Positions 46,768 to 56,648 of a DNA stretch of 64,000 bases are shown here, piece by piece. The stretch comes from Spirochaetales bacterium (GTDB taxonomy: Bacteria; Spirochaetota; Spirochaetia; SZUA-6), in assembly GCA_027021365.1 (NCBI GenBank), contig JALUUM010000022.1:19150-83149 (forward strand). Reading direction: 5' to 3'. A model generated the notes under the pieces. That model saw only the letters and a program-made list of their open reading frames with translations, did no database searches and was not told the origin of the DNA. How positions within the stretch are numbered: position 1 is the first letter of the stretch; every line of letters starts with the position of its first letter. Position numbers and translations under genes: made by a program.

Positions 46768-47727
46768 ATGGTATTGAACTGGGGTCTCATAGGATGCGGA
46801 GATATCGTTAACAAGAGGGTGGGTGCTGCCCTGCGTGATCTCGACAACTGTAATCTTGTTGCGGTAAGCAGGGCAAGGGGTAATCTTGCAGAGGGATGTG
46901 CAAGGGAGTTTGGCGCTTCCAGGTGGTATGATGACTGGCATGAACTTCTTGAAGACAGAGATGTCCAGGCAGTCTATGTAGCTACTCCGCCTTACCTTCA
47001 TGCCGAACAGACCATTGCTGCTGCGAAGAAGGGAAAGCATGTTATATGTGAAAAACCCATGGCACTATCCACTGAAGATTGCAGGCGAATGATAGATGCA
47101 TGCAGTGAAAACAATGTCTCCTTGAGTATTGCCTATTACAGGCGTTTTTACCCTGTAATAAAGAGGGTGAAAGAAGTCATTGATGAAGGGATAATCGGAA
47201 AGCCTATCATTGCCCAGATCAATGCCTTCGAATACTTCGACATAAAGAGTGGTGATGAGCGTGACTGGCTGATTGAAGGATCAAAGGCAGGAGGCGGGCC
47301 CATGATGGATTTTGGCTGTCACAGGATAGAGCTTCTTCTCTCTCTATTTGGTAATGCGGAAGAAGTAAAAGGCAAGAGCGGGAATGTCTATTTCGAAAGG
47401 GAGGTGGAAGACACAGCTATCGGTGTAATCGGCTTTTCTGGCGGCACGATGGGGATTGTTTCCGTTACAACGGCTGCCGAAGAGCCGATGGATTCCTTGG
47501 ACATGTACGGAAGCAAGGGTTCCATACATATTCCGGTAGTAAACAAAGGAGAATTGATAATTCGGAGCATGGACGAGGTTATGCATGAAAGCTATCCTCC
47601 GCACGAGAACCTCCACCTTCCCTACATCGAGGCTGTAACGGATGCCATTCTTTCCAGGAAGAAGGTTCCTGTAGACGGTGAAACCGGTCTCGAAGTAAAC
47701 AGGATAATCGAAGAGATATATTCATAG
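46768..47727 (+). CDS. Gfo/Idh/MocA-family NAD(P)-dependent oxidoreductase
   Basis: N-terminal Rossmann motif LNWGLIGCGDIVNKRVGAAL, then EKPMALSTEDCRRMIDAC, and a C-terminal alpha/beta domain typical of the family. The substrate cannot be inferred. Confidence 0.85.
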   Translation: MVLNWGLIGCGDIVNKRVGAALRDLDNCNLVAVSRARGNLAEGCAREFGASRWYDDWHELLEDRDVQAVYVATPPYLHAEQTIAAAKKGKHVICEKPMALSTEDCRRMIDACSENNVSLSIAYYRRFYPVIKRVKEVIDEGIIGKPIIAQINAFEYFDIKSGDERDWLIEGSKAGGGPMMDFGCHRIELLLSLFGNAEEVKGKSGNVYFEREVEDTAIGVIGFSGGTMGIVSVTTAAEEPMDSLDMYGSKGSIHIPVVNKGELIIRSMDEVMHESYPPHENLHLPYIEAVTDAILSRKKVPVDGETGLEVNRIIEEIYS

Positions 47728-47768
47728 CAGGCGTTTTACAGGTTTTACAGATTGCTTCCGTAGTCCTG

Positions 47769-49565
47769 TTATGTTGATTTCAATTTATAACGTTTTATCT
47801 TCTTGGTAGTGGTCATCTCCATGGGTTCATCGAGGAGTGTGAACCTCTCTATCCGTTGATAGGGAAGCAGTTCCCTGTTGACCTCGGAGATTATTCTTCC
47901 GATTCTTTCCCTTTTTCCTTTTTCCCCGTATTCTTCAAAGTAATCAGGGGAGGGATACACCAGCGCTTCTATTCCTTCCACCTTCATCTGTTCGTCTTTT
48001 GTAAAACCCCTCACAACTATCTGTTCTATCTCTTCGTAGAGTTGAAAATGATCCTCAATTTCCTCCGGATAGACGTTTTTCCCTCCCTCGGTGACTATCA
48101 TTGATTTTTTTCTTCCGGCAAGGTAAAGGTAGTTCTCCGAATCGAGGTAACCGAGGTCTCCTGTTTTCAGATAGCCATCTTCGGTAAAGGCCTCCCTCGT
48201 TGCTTCGGGATTCTTGTAGTAACCCCCGGTCACTATGGGCCCCTTTATCAGTATCTCTCCGATACCTTTCTCGTCTTCATCCTTAATCCTTACATCCACC
48301 CGGGGAATCACCTTCCCCACTGATGTGACCTTGTACCTCTCAACGGGATTCAGGGTGACAATGGGAGATGTTTCTGTCAATCCGTATCCCTGGACGAAGT
48401 CGATGCCAAACTGGTTGTACATTTTGAAAGTGGAGGGGGCAAGGGGCCCTCCGCCGGAAATGCATATCCTTATACTATCCAGAGACGCCTTTGAAAGAAT
48501 GGAATGAAAGAGCCTCTTTCCGGGGTTGACCTTGAGTACCTTCTTTACCAGCCCGCTGAATCCCATAAGAAGGCGAACAATGGCGTACACGACGATGCCC
48601 TTTTCCCTTATCCCTTTGAGGATTCCCTTTAGCAGCTTATTGAACAAGAGGGGGATCCCGAGAAACATGGTGACTCTTCCCCGTTTGAGATCCGATAGTA
48701 TTTCTTTCACCACAAGTCTCTTGGCAAAGACTATCTCGGCTCCTACTGAAATTGCCTGAAGAAATACGGCATTCATCGAGTATGAGTGGTGTAGGGGAAG
48801 AAGTGCATAGAAGACATCATTCTTTGATACATTCAGTAGTGACTGGGCAAGGAAAACATCGCTTACCAGGTTGCCATGTGTAAGCATTACACCCTTCTCG
48901 TTGCCGGTTGTTCCGGATGTAAAGAGTATTGCTGCAAGATCGTCTTCCTCTGGTTGCATTCCCGGTGAAGGCTTTTGTAGAGAGTCATCGAACTGCCCTG
49001 TCTCGGCGGTTACCTCGTTTTTTTCTGGCTTATCAGGCTCTGGCCTCGTGGTTTCTCCCTTTCCTGCAATGTCCAATATGTAGCCTGGCCTCTTGTCTGA
49101 TAGCGATATGATTAGTGAAAAATCACCTGATTGTTTGGCATAATCGTATTTCTCTTCGTCTATAAAGAGGCACCTTGAACCTGCAAAACGTGCAAGGTGA
49201 AGTATCTTTTCCGTTTCGAGCTGGTAATCTATCGGAACAACAACTCCTCCGGCGGACAGGATGGAGAGAAAGGCCAGTGTCCATTCCGGTGAGTTTTTTC
49301 CTGTAAGGGCAATTTTATCTCCCCTCTTTATTCCCCTTTGGGAAAGATATTTAGAGATACCGGTTACAATTCCGTAAGCATCACCATATGTGAGCGAGAT
49401 TTCCTCGCCATCGAATGATGTGAAACACCTCCTCTCGGGATACCTATGTGCTGTTATTTCAAAGAGTTTGTCAATGGTTGGCCACTCGCCTTTGAAAGTC
49501 TTTCCCCTGTACTGATCCAGAAAGTCCCAGGGATTATTGTTCTTGTTTACAGTGCTTTTCTTCAT
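47769..49565 (-). CDS. AMP-dependent synthetase/ligase (long-chain fatty acid-CoA ligase-like)
   Basis: AMP-binding motif ILFTSGTTGNEKGVMLTHGNL, plus TGDLG and GRKKSMIV motifs. Probable start at ATG 49565 (MKKSTVNKNN), which has a GAGGTG RBS; the track start at 49604 is in frame. Confidence 0.85.
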   Translation of the reverse strand: MKKSTVNKNNNPWDFLDQYRGKTFKGEWPTIDKLFEITAHRYPERRCFTSFDGEEISLTYGDAYGIVTGISKYLSQRGIKRGDKIALTGKNSPEWTLAFLSILSAGGVVVPIDYQLETEKILHLARFAGSRCLFIDEEKYDYAKQSGDFSLIISLSDKRPGYILDIAGKGETTRPEPDKPEKNEVTAETGQFDDSLQKPSPGMQPEEDDLAAILFTSGTTGNEKGVMLTHGNLVSDVFLAQSLLNVSKNDVFYALLPLHHSYSMNAVFLQAISVGAEIVFAKRLVVKEILSDLKRGRVTMFLGIPLLFNKLLKGILKGIREKGIVVYAIVRLLMGFSGLVKKVLKVNPGKRLFHSILSKASLDSIRICISGGGPLAPSTFKMYNQFGIDFVQGYGLTETSPIVTLNPVERYKVTSVGKVIPRVDVRIKDEDEKGIGEILIKGPIVTGGYYKNPEATREAFTEDGYLKTGDLGYLDSENYLYLAGRKKSMIVTEGGKNVYPEEIEDHFQLYEEIEQIVVRGFTKDEQMKVEGIEALVYPSPDYFEEYGEKGKRERIGRIISEVNRELLPYQRIERFTLLDEPMEMTTTKKIKRYKLKST

Positions 49566-49824
49566 GGAAATCACCTCTTGTTTGTGCCGAAACGTGTCGC
49601 CCACTGCATGTTACCACCATTTGCCTATTTTAAAAACTGTTAGTATAATAAAAATAGAAAGTATTTATTTACAGTGTCAACTTTTTCATATGCTCCTAAG
49701 TTTTGAAAGATAAGAGGATGGGCGTAGCAATTCATTGTTAGGTTGCTTTCCGTAGAGAAGCAAGACCCGCCTCTTGTAATATCAAAAAACTTTACGAAAC
49801 CCAAACCTAAGAAAGGAGAGTCGG

Positions 49825-51849
49825 ATGAAGTGTCTGATTATAGCCGCAGGTAAGGGTGAAAGACTTAAGACGAAAAGCATTCCCAAACCCCTGATGCCTG
49901 TGGCAGGTTTAAAATTGATTGAAAGAACCATAGTGTCTGCAAGCAGGGCAGGTTTGAGAGACTTCTATGTTGTAACAGGAAACAGGGAAAGAGAGGTAGA
50001 CCTCTTTCTGGAGGAACTGGCAAAGAGAAGAAATCTTAGGATTACTCATATTCACAATGAAGACTGGGACAGGGCTGAGAACGGTGTCTCGGTTCTTGCC
50101 GCTAAAAATCTCATAGATGAGGATTTTATACTTCTAATGGCAGACCATATCTTTGATGAGAGCACTTTGAAAGATCTTGTCAAGGAGAAGCTCGATGGTA
50201 AAGACCTTCTTCTTGCAATCGATACGAGGGTGAAGGCCAATCGGTATATAGAAATGGATGATGTGACAAAGGTGAAGTATCGGGAGGGGAGAATAGTCGA
50301 TATCGGTAAGGCACTTACAGAGTACAATGCCTTCGATACGGGAATGTTTCTCTGTTCACCTCGTTTTTTCAGGGTGCTGGAAGAAAGCACCAGGGAGGGC
50401 AGTACAAGTCTCTCTGCGGCTGTGAAGAAACTGGCAGAGGTTGGAAAGGCAGGAGTATTCGAAATTGGAGACAGATTCTGGATGGATATTGATACGCCCT
50501 CCGATCTCAAGAAGGCGGAAAAATTGCTCTATTCGAAGCTTATAAAGCCACACGATGGCTGGGTGTCGAGAAAAATAAACAGGAAATTCTCATTGTATAT
50601 CTTTACACCTCTTCTGCTGAAGCTCTTTCCCAGGATAACCCCCAATATGGTTTCTGTTGTCAGTGCGGTGACCGGTTTGATTGCCTCTCTATTCTTTTTT
50701 CTTCATTCTGCTGTTGTGGGAGGTATATTGACACAGCTTGCAAGTATCCTGGATGGCTCGGATGGTGAGGTTGCAAGGCTCAAGAAGATGGAAAGCCCAT
50801 TCGGAAATTTCCTTGATGCCCTTCTTGACAGGTACACAGATTTTTTCATTCTATCCGGCATATCCTTTTTTCTCCTGACAAACGGGGTGATGAAATCTCT
50901 TTTAGGAATAATCTTTCTTCCCCTCACCCTTTTGGTATCACTACTTGCAATAGTCGGCCACATCATGGTGAGTTATACCTCAGCCAGAGCACTGGCTGAT
51001 TTCGGATACAGGTACAGGGGAGGCTGGTATGCAGCGGGCAGGGGAAGAGATATCAGGTTGTTCGTGATTTTTGCCGGAGCCCTTCTCTCGGTGATACATC
51101 CCCTGTTTTTATTCCTTGCAGTATTTATTATTGCAGTACTTACCAATGCAATAGTTGTAAAGAGAGTGATGGTTTCCCGCTCCGAAGGATACCCGGGATC
51201 GAAGAGGAAAAACCTGCCACAGGCCGTTATTTTCGACCTGGACGGAACGATAGCGGATACCATGGGTGCGTTGATAGATCTTGCTACGGAAATGATAACG
51301 GCCAATTATGCTATTCTCGAGGGTGAAGCCAGGAGAAGATATCTTGAAACCACGGGATTGGATTTTGCAACGCAACTCGAAATCATGTTTCCGGGCGACA
51401 GGAAAAACAGAGAGGTAGCAGAGGAATTCGAAAGGAGAAAGAGAAAACTTATTATGGACCTTCCCATTTTTCCCGATGCTGTCGATGCCCTTAGATTCTT
51501 CAAGGAGAGGGGAATCCCTGTCTTCGTGTGCAGCAGTACTACGGACGAAATGATAAAAGCTTACTTCAGGGAACACCAGATGGACGGGCTTATTCACAGC
51601 TTCTCGGGGTTGAAAGACGGATTTTCCAAGGCAAGGCAGATAGAAAGTATCCTTGGGAAACACCATTTCGACAGGGACAGCATCGTTTTTATCGGTGATT
51701 CCCTGAAAGACGGAGAGATTGCCAGGGAGATTGGCATAGTTTTCTTTGGAGTTGAAAGGATATTCAGTGCTTCGGATTTCGAAAAGAGGGGTTTCCGTAG
51801 TGTGCCTGACCTTAGGGAGTTCGTAAGACTCTTTTCCTCAGTCAACTGA
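49825..51849 (+). CDS. Tri-domain enzyme: sugar/inositol-phosphate cytidylyltransferase (IPCT-like) + CDP-alcohol phosphatidyltransferase (DIPPS-like) + C-terminal HAD-family phosphatase
   Basis: The N-terminus has NTP-transferase motifs (IIAAGKGERL...KPLMPVAGLKLIERTI; FWMDIDTPSDL). The middle has the linker GWVSRKINRKFS, then TM helices with the CDP-OH-P-transferase signature DGSDGEVAR...GNFLDALLD. The C-terminus has HAD motifs I (VIFDLDGTIADT), II (VFVCSST) and IV (FIGDSLKDGE). The first two domains match the bifunctional IPCT/DIPPS architecture from memory. Confidence 0.75.
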   Translation: MKCLIIAAGKGERLKTKSIPKPLMPVAGLKLIERTIVSASRAGLRDFYVVTGNREREVDLFLEELAKRRNLRITHIHNEDWDRAENGVSVLAAKNLIDEDFILLMADHIFDESTLKDLVKEKLDGKDLLLAIDTRVKANRYIEMDDVTKVKYREGRIVDIGKALTEYNAFDTGMFLCSPRFFRVLEESTREGSTSLSAAVKKLAEVGKAGVFEIGDRFWMDIDTPSDLKKAEKLLYSKLIKPHDGWVSRKINRKFSLYIFTPLLLKLFPRITPNMVSVVSAVTGLIASLFFFLHSAVVGGILTQLASILDGSDGEVARLKKMESPFGNFLDALLDRYTDFFILSGISFFLLTNGVMKSLLGIIFLPLTLLVSLLAIVGHIMVSYTSARALADFGYRYRGGWYAAGRGRDIRLFVIFAGALLSVIHPLFLFLAVFIIAVLTNAIVVKRVMVSRSEGYPGSKRKNLPQAVIFDLDGTIADTMGALIDLATEMITANYAILEGEARRRYLETTGLDFATQLEIMFPGDRKNREVAEEFERRKRKLIMDLPIFPDAVDALRFFKERGIPVFVCSSTTDEMIKAYFREHQMDGLIHSFSGLKDGFSKARQIESILGKHHFDRDSIVFIGDSLKDGEIAREIGIVFFGVERIFSASDFEKRGFRSVPDLREFVRLFSSVN

Positions 51850-51953
51850 ACAGCAGTAACACCGCCATACCGGAGGAATATGCCAGAGGAATATGCCGTA
51901 GGAAGTAAAAGACTCTGGAAAAGCTTTGCAATTCACATTAGAATGTACCGGTA

Positions 51954-52814
51954 ATGTGGATAGAGAAGAAACCCTTCGGAAGCTGTTTCGAACTCTCTTC
52001 GGGAAGTATCAGGGCCCTTGTGGCACCTGAAATGGGAATGTCCCTGGCGAGTTTTACCATAGGTGGTATCCAGATTCTCGATACCTCGAGGCTAAAGGAT
52101 TTTCTTCTTACCAGGAAGGGTCTTGGGCCACTTATACTTCCCCATTTCAATTGTGAGGGTTTTTCCCCAGAGGATAAGATCGAAGAACTCAAAGAGAAAT
52201 TTCCCCACATAGAAGAACTGGAAAAGATAGGTGTCGATCACCCGTTCCAGCATGGCCTTGGACGGTATGTAAGCTGGTATGCCGAAGAGAGTGAGGATTC
52301 CATAACAGGTTTTCTTACCGGTGACATGCAGTATATGGGTTACAAGCTCAAAACACTTGCCGGTTTCGATTTCGAGGCACGCGTTTCATTCAGGATAGCT
52401 CCGGACAGTCTTATCGTAGCCTTCGATGTTACCGGAGAAAAACCCATTGCCACAGGCATTCACTACTATTATGACCTGGTCGATCGGAACAGTGCTGAAA
52501 TAGAGCTTACCGAAAGAGATGGTTCTACAAGAAAGATAAAACTCGACAGGCCATATGATGATACTTTCCACCCGGGAAGCAGGTTCGGAGATTATACGAA
52601 TTGCAGTTTGAAAACAAGGAACTATCGTCTCGATACGGTTTTCAAAGTTAAGGGAAAGCCGGAAGAAATTTTCGAATCACTCGTGATTTTCAGCCCGGAA
52701 GAGAGTGGTTTCATATGCATAGAGCCATTGAGTTACTATCCGGGTAAGGGCCCGACAAAAACCCAAAATAGCGGTGTGATAATGCTCCGACCGACTTTTC
52801 CAGGGTACAGGTGA
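51954..52814 (+). CDS. Aldose 1-epimerase (galactose mutarotase-like) family protein
   Basis: 286-aa ORF with mutarotase-like motifs (HPFQHGLGRYVSWY; FICIEP). Confidence 0.45.
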   Translation: MWIEKKPFGSCFELSSGSIRALVAPEMGMSLASFTIGGIQILDTSRLKDFLLTRKGLGPLILPHFNCEGFSPEDKIEELKEKFPHIEELEKIGVDHPFQHGLGRYVSWYAEESEDSITGFLTGDMQYMGYKLKTLAGFDFEARVSFRIAPDSLIVAFDVTGEKPIATGIHYYYDLVDRNSAEIELTERDGSTRKIKLDRPYDDTFHPGSRFGDYTNCSLKTRNYRLDTVFKVKGKPEEIFESLVIFSPEESGFICIEPLSYYPGKGPTKTQNSGVIMLRPTFPGYR

Positions 52815-53224
52815 TGAAAGGTATGTATGATCTTGCGAATAGACTTATGAAACCTGTCTTTTCCTTTGATTCCGCTCTCAACCTCTTTCTGGGGCTTTTC
52901 TTTCTGTTCATGCCGGAGAGGGCCAGTTCTTTCCTCCTCAAAGAGAGTCTCTTCCCAAGATACGCATGGGTGATTCTTGGGGCGGGCTTTCTCTACTTCG
53001 GATACTGGCAGATCAGGACGATTATCCGGGACAAGTTGGGCAGGGGAGCGGTGACATTTAGTTTTTTCATGGCTATTGTTCCAGCAGTAATTCTGGCGAT
53101 TCTCCTATTCCTTCTCTATGAGAAAATCAGTAAGATTGGCTTTATCGTTCTCCTTGCAGGCGATATCTATATGTTCCTTCTCTCTTTGCTCTATGGGGCG
53201 ATATTGAAGGACAGGTGGGAGTAA
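52811..53224 (+). CDS. Small integral membrane protein, hypothetical
   Basis: 137-aa ORF with four predicted TM segments. It overlaps the upstream stop by 4 nt. Confidence 0.45.
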   Translation: MMKGMYDLANRLMKPVFSFDSALNLFLGLFFLFMPERASSFLLKESLFPRYAWVILGAGFLYFGYWQIRTIIRDKLGRGAVTFSFFMAIVPAVILAILLFLLYEKISKIGFIVLLAGDIYMFLLSLLYGAILKDRWE

Positions 53225-53227
53225 TCC

Positions 53228-54427
53228 TTGAAAAGGGTTGTGATTCGTTTTTTGATTTTTCTCTCCGCGTTGAACCTATTCTCGGCGGATGATTCCAGCT
53301 TCAGTTTCAATTATTTCAGCGGTGACAAGTTCAGTATCGTGGAGAAATCAGATCTCAGAAGGTATGAGAACGGTAGATTCGTAGGACTTTCGTACAGGGA
53401 AGTGCGTGGAGTGATGAAACTTGGGGTTCTCCTTGAAAATGGAGTATTTTCTGTAAAAGGGAAGTTTTACGTATTCGAGGAGACAAAACATGAGAACAGA
53501 AATGTTGCAAAGAAGATAGATCAGGTAGTGCCCGTTGTTTATCGTATACGTCCGACGGGACTTCTCGTACCGAAAAAACCGCAGCCCTTCCCTACGGTAC
53601 AGGGCTTCCCGGCTTTTCCCGAAAAACCCGTGAGAGAGGGAGATAAGTGGCGGGCCTTTGGTGTCAGGGTAGTCGACCCGATGGGAAACGGAAACTACAC
53701 ACATGTACGTTTCTACTGTGAGTACAACTACATCGGAGACAAGATAAGGAATGGTAAGAGTTACGGTGTTATCAAGGCTCAGTATGCTATCCGCTATAAG
53801 AAAGGTGATGATCCCAGGGGCTGGGAGGAGATAGAGAGGATAACGGGCAGGCACCTCGTTACCATCTATTATGACAGAGAGGATGGTAAAGACAGTTTCA
53901 TGTCCGACCTTATGGAGGAGAAGTACACCCTGAAGGATGGCAGGTCCGTAACTTTCAAGGGTTTCATATTGACATGGTTCAATGGTATACAACCTCTTAA
54001 TAAAGCAGAGCTTGCCGAGGAGATAAGGAAAAAGCTCGATGAAAAAAATATCTCCGATGTAGAGGTCAGCAAGAGGGAAGAGGGGGTAGCCCTTACCATA
54101 AACCGGATACACTTTGTGGCGAACAAGGCAATCGTTCTCCCCGAGGAGAAGCCAAGGCTAAAAGTCCTTGCCGATGCCCTTAAGCGGATAGAGGGAAGGA
54201 ATTTTCTTGTTGTGGGTCACACTGCCCGTGTGGGTTCTAAGGAGAGCCAGTACAAACTTTCCGTTGAGAGGGCAAAGACGATTGTGGATTATCTCGTCTC
54301 CCAGGGAATAGATGCTAAAAGATTCCTTTACGAGGGCAAGGGCGGTACCGAACCTGTTGCACCGAATGATACGGAAGAAAACATGGCAAAGAACCGGAGG
54401 GTGGAAATCATTATTCTGGAAGACTGA
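53228..54427 (+). CDS. OmpA-family protein (C-terminal OmpA-like peptidoglycan-binding domain)
   Basis: TTG start and signal peptide (MKRVVIRFLIFLSALNLFSADD). C-terminal OmpA_C motifs (FLVVGHTARVGSKESQYKLSVERAKTIVDYL...NRRVEIIIL). The 254-aa minus-strand ORF at 53348-54112 is a shadow. Confidence 0.7.
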   Translation: MKRVVIRFLIFLSALNLFSADDSSFSFNYFSGDKFSIVEKSDLRRYENGRFVGLSYREVRGVMKLGVLLENGVFSVKGKFYVFEETKHENRNVAKKIDQVVPVVYRIRPTGLLVPKKPQPFPTVQGFPAFPEKPVREGDKWRAFGVRVVDPMGNGNYTHVRFYCEYNYIGDKIRNGKSYGVIKAQYAIRYKKGDDPRGWEEIERITGRHLVTIYYDREDGKDSFMSDLMEEKYTLKDGRSVTFKGFILTWFNGIQPLNKAELAEEIRKKLDEKNISDVEVSKREEGVALTINRIHFVANKAIVLPEEKPRLKVLADALKRIEGRNFLVVGHTARVGSKESQYKLSVERAKTIVDYLVSQGIDAKRFLYEGKGGTEPVAPNDTEENMAKNRRVEIIILED

Positions 54428-55223
54428 CCGGTCGTTTCCAGGAGGTATGAGCAATGGCAACCCTTGCTTTTGTATTCTCATCCTGTGGGGATGAATTGAT
54501 ACCCTGTTGCCTCGAGATACTGTGTATCAGTTGCCTTCCGTTTTCAATATCGATCGTCGAAACTTCAAGCGTTTCACCGTAGTGAGCCTCTGCAAGGTAG
54601 TTTATCTGAAGGGTGTTTAGGAACATCGTGTTTCTCTTTTCAAGAGGAATCGTTTCTAGTATCCATTTTATATAGCTAACGCTTGTCACGTGGTTGTTCA
54701 AATCGAGGTCGCTGTAGAGAACTTCAAAGGTCCTGGTATCCTCGAAAGAGCCCTTTCCGGAATCTGATTGATACTTCAACTTTCCAGGTCTTTCATCGTA
54801 GCTGTTATCATGGTAGATCACATCAGCCCTACTGAAGAGGGTTTCCGGCCTTAGGGGCCTTCTCGATTTGAGGTCTATAAGGAGCCAGGCACTGGATGCC
54901 CTTCCTATCGGCAACTTTTCTGTATTGAAAATGAGAAACTGCCTGTACGCAAAGAGGCGTTCATTGCCGGATGGCCATGATTGAATGTAGATTCTCTCTT
55001 TCCACTTCGGATAATAGTCAAATACTGCTTTGAAACGTGAAAGCACCCAGGTCATGTTGGTTTCTTTCAATTCGGGCACTGCGAAACCCAAATCATACGC
55101 GTGATTCCCCGCAGCATCGAAGAGGAAACTGCACATCTGGGCAACGGAAGCCCTTTCATTGGCATCGAGATGGTAGGTGTGTATTTCGTAGACTCCTGTC
55201 CATACCTTTGGATGATCCAACAT
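54411..55223 (-). CDS. Acyl-ACP thioesterase (FatA/FatB-like)
   Basis: 270-aa ORF with a double hot-dog fold, the N-terminal motif VYEIHTYHLDANERASVAQMCSFLFDAAGNHA, and catalytic-type NHV residues in the C-terminal half. Confidence 0.65.
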   Translation of the reverse strand: MLDHPKVWTGVYEIHTYHLDANERASVAQMCSFLFDAAGNHAYDLGFAVPELKETNMTWVLSRFKAVFDYYPKWKERIYIQSWPSGNERLFAYRQFLIFNTEKLPIGRASSAWLLIDLKSRRPLRPETLFSRADVIYHDNSYDERPGKLKYQSDSGKGSFEDTRTFEVLYSDLDLNNHVTSVSYIKWILETIPLEKRNTMFLNTLQINYLAEAHYGETLEVSTIDIENGRQLIHSISRQQGINSSPQDENTKARVAIAHTSWKRPVSLPE

Positions 55224-55241
55224 GTCTTTTATCCTTTTTTG

Positions 55242-56567
55242 CTATCTCTTTAGCGGTGATGTTTCCCTGCTCATCGTACCGGTTTTAAGTATTTCCATTA
55301 TCTTGTATGTACCATATTTCCTGGCTTTAAGAAAGCCGTCCCAGGCCGATTCTGCCAGACGGCCCTCGTTTAGCAGGTCGAAGAGCCACTGTGAGGAATA
55401 CCTGGGGTCTTCCTGCGGTATACCAGCCTGGATCTCCATGAGCCATCTTTTGTTGAACTCCTCCTGGCTTCCTATGGGGGGCGCCATTATGATGGGAATG
55501 CCGAGACCTGAATAGAAGGATAGTTCACTGGGTTTTGTCCACAGGATATCCGTTGTCCTTATTACCCTTGCAAATTCATTGAAATACTGATCCTTGGTAG
55601 TGCCGAAGATCACGGATATATTATCTCCCTCTGGAAGTATTTCCCTCTTCACCTCGTTGAAATAGTCTCTTACCTCCCGTCTTACACCGGCTACGAGGTT
55701 GAGTCTTATCCGGTTCTCCCGGAGCTTTTCCCTCATGCTCTGTGCAATTTGATAGCCGATCTCTTTCTGAGCCCCGGCTCCTCCGACGGCATAGGTAAGA
55801 GTAAGCAACCTCTCTTTCTTGAATCTGCAGTTTCCCTTCCCTAAGAAGTACTGAACATTAACGTGATGAAGCGGCCAGAATCTGTTTTCGGGGTCGAGGT
55901 AGTAGAGGCGCTGAGCAAAATCCTTTTTCAATGTCGAGAGGTTCTTGTCTCCCAAGACCTCCAGAGGCAAGGGAAAGCCCGTCAGAAAGATTCTCTCATC
56001 AGGTACACCGTAGGTCTTTAACCTCTTCACAGCCCTCCCGCAGGGAGCACAGTAATGTATCCTGGAAGCCCTGGGGTCCATGGCGACCCAGGCCCTTGCT
56101 ATCTCCGCATCGGCAACTATGCAGTAGTTTCTCGAGTAGCCTGCATAATCGGCGGCAAGGGCAGGAACAGGATGGGAAGAAACTATGGGAAGCGGTTTTT
56201 TCTTTATCGTTTCTAGTACCCCCCTGGCAAGGCCCTTGTCTATGTATCGTTTTACCAGTTTTACCTGCGGGGAGGGGTAGGAGAGGTCACGAATCGGGTA
56301 GAAGCTGGGGATATTCTGTATCCTGTCCAGGATTCCGAATAGGGGTTTTCCTATAAGGGGAACGGCTCGTATTCGCGATAGAAACTCGTATGATTGCCTG
56401 AGCCTGTCCCACAATCTTCTCTCAGCCTCATCTGCGTATTTCTCGCTTCCCGCTGTAATTATTTCTCCTTCTGCCAGGGATTTAAGGGGATGAGTTGCCC
56501 TCTGATGTCCCAATCCCATGTCCACGGTTACGATCCACGCCTTTATCTCTTCTTCTGCTTCGGTCAT
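55242..56567 (-). CDS. Putative GT-B fold glycosyltransferase (MurG/MGDG-synthase-like), uncertain
   Basis: Glycine-rich N-terminal pocket (IVTVDMGLGHQRA), a mid-protein YAVGGAGAQ segment, and a C-terminal GLGIPIIMAPPIGSQEEFN segment reminiscent of GT28 C-terminal domains. Start chosen at ATG 56567 (MTEAEEE), which has an AAGGAAAC RBS. Confidence 0.4.
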   Translation of the reverse strand: MTEAEEEIKAWIVTVDMGLGHQRATHPLKSLAEGEIITAGSEKYADEAERRLWDRLRQSYEFLSRIRAVPLIGKPLFGILDRIQNIPSFYPIRDLSYPSPQVKLVKRYIDKGLARGVLETIKKKPLPIVSSHPVPALAADYAGYSRNYCIVADAEIARAWVAMDPRASRIHYCAPCGRAVKRLKTYGVPDERIFLTGFPLPLEVLGDKNLSTLKKDFAQRLYYLDPENRFWPLHHVNVQYFLGKGNCRFKKERLLTLTYAVGGAGAQKEIGYQIAQSMREKLRENRIRLNLVAGVRREVRDYFNEVKREILPEGDNISVIFGTTKDQYFNEFARVIRTTDILWTKPSELSFYSGLGIPIIMAPPIGSQEEFNKRWLMEIQAGIPQEDPRYSSQWLFDLLNEGRLAESAWDGFLKARKYGTYKIMEILKTGTMSRETSPLKR

Positions 56568-56648
56568 TTTCTGTTTCCTTGATTCTTGTTTATCTTTGTT
56601 TTTTTTATCGGAAGGGATATAGTTGATGTATAATGTCATTTATCGGAG

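Noticed and set aside
53348-54112. 254-aa minus-strand ORF antisense to the OmpA-family gene
   Set aside because: It fully overlaps a gene with a strong OmpA_C signature on the other strand. Its translation has no motifs and odd composition, so it is a shadow ORF.
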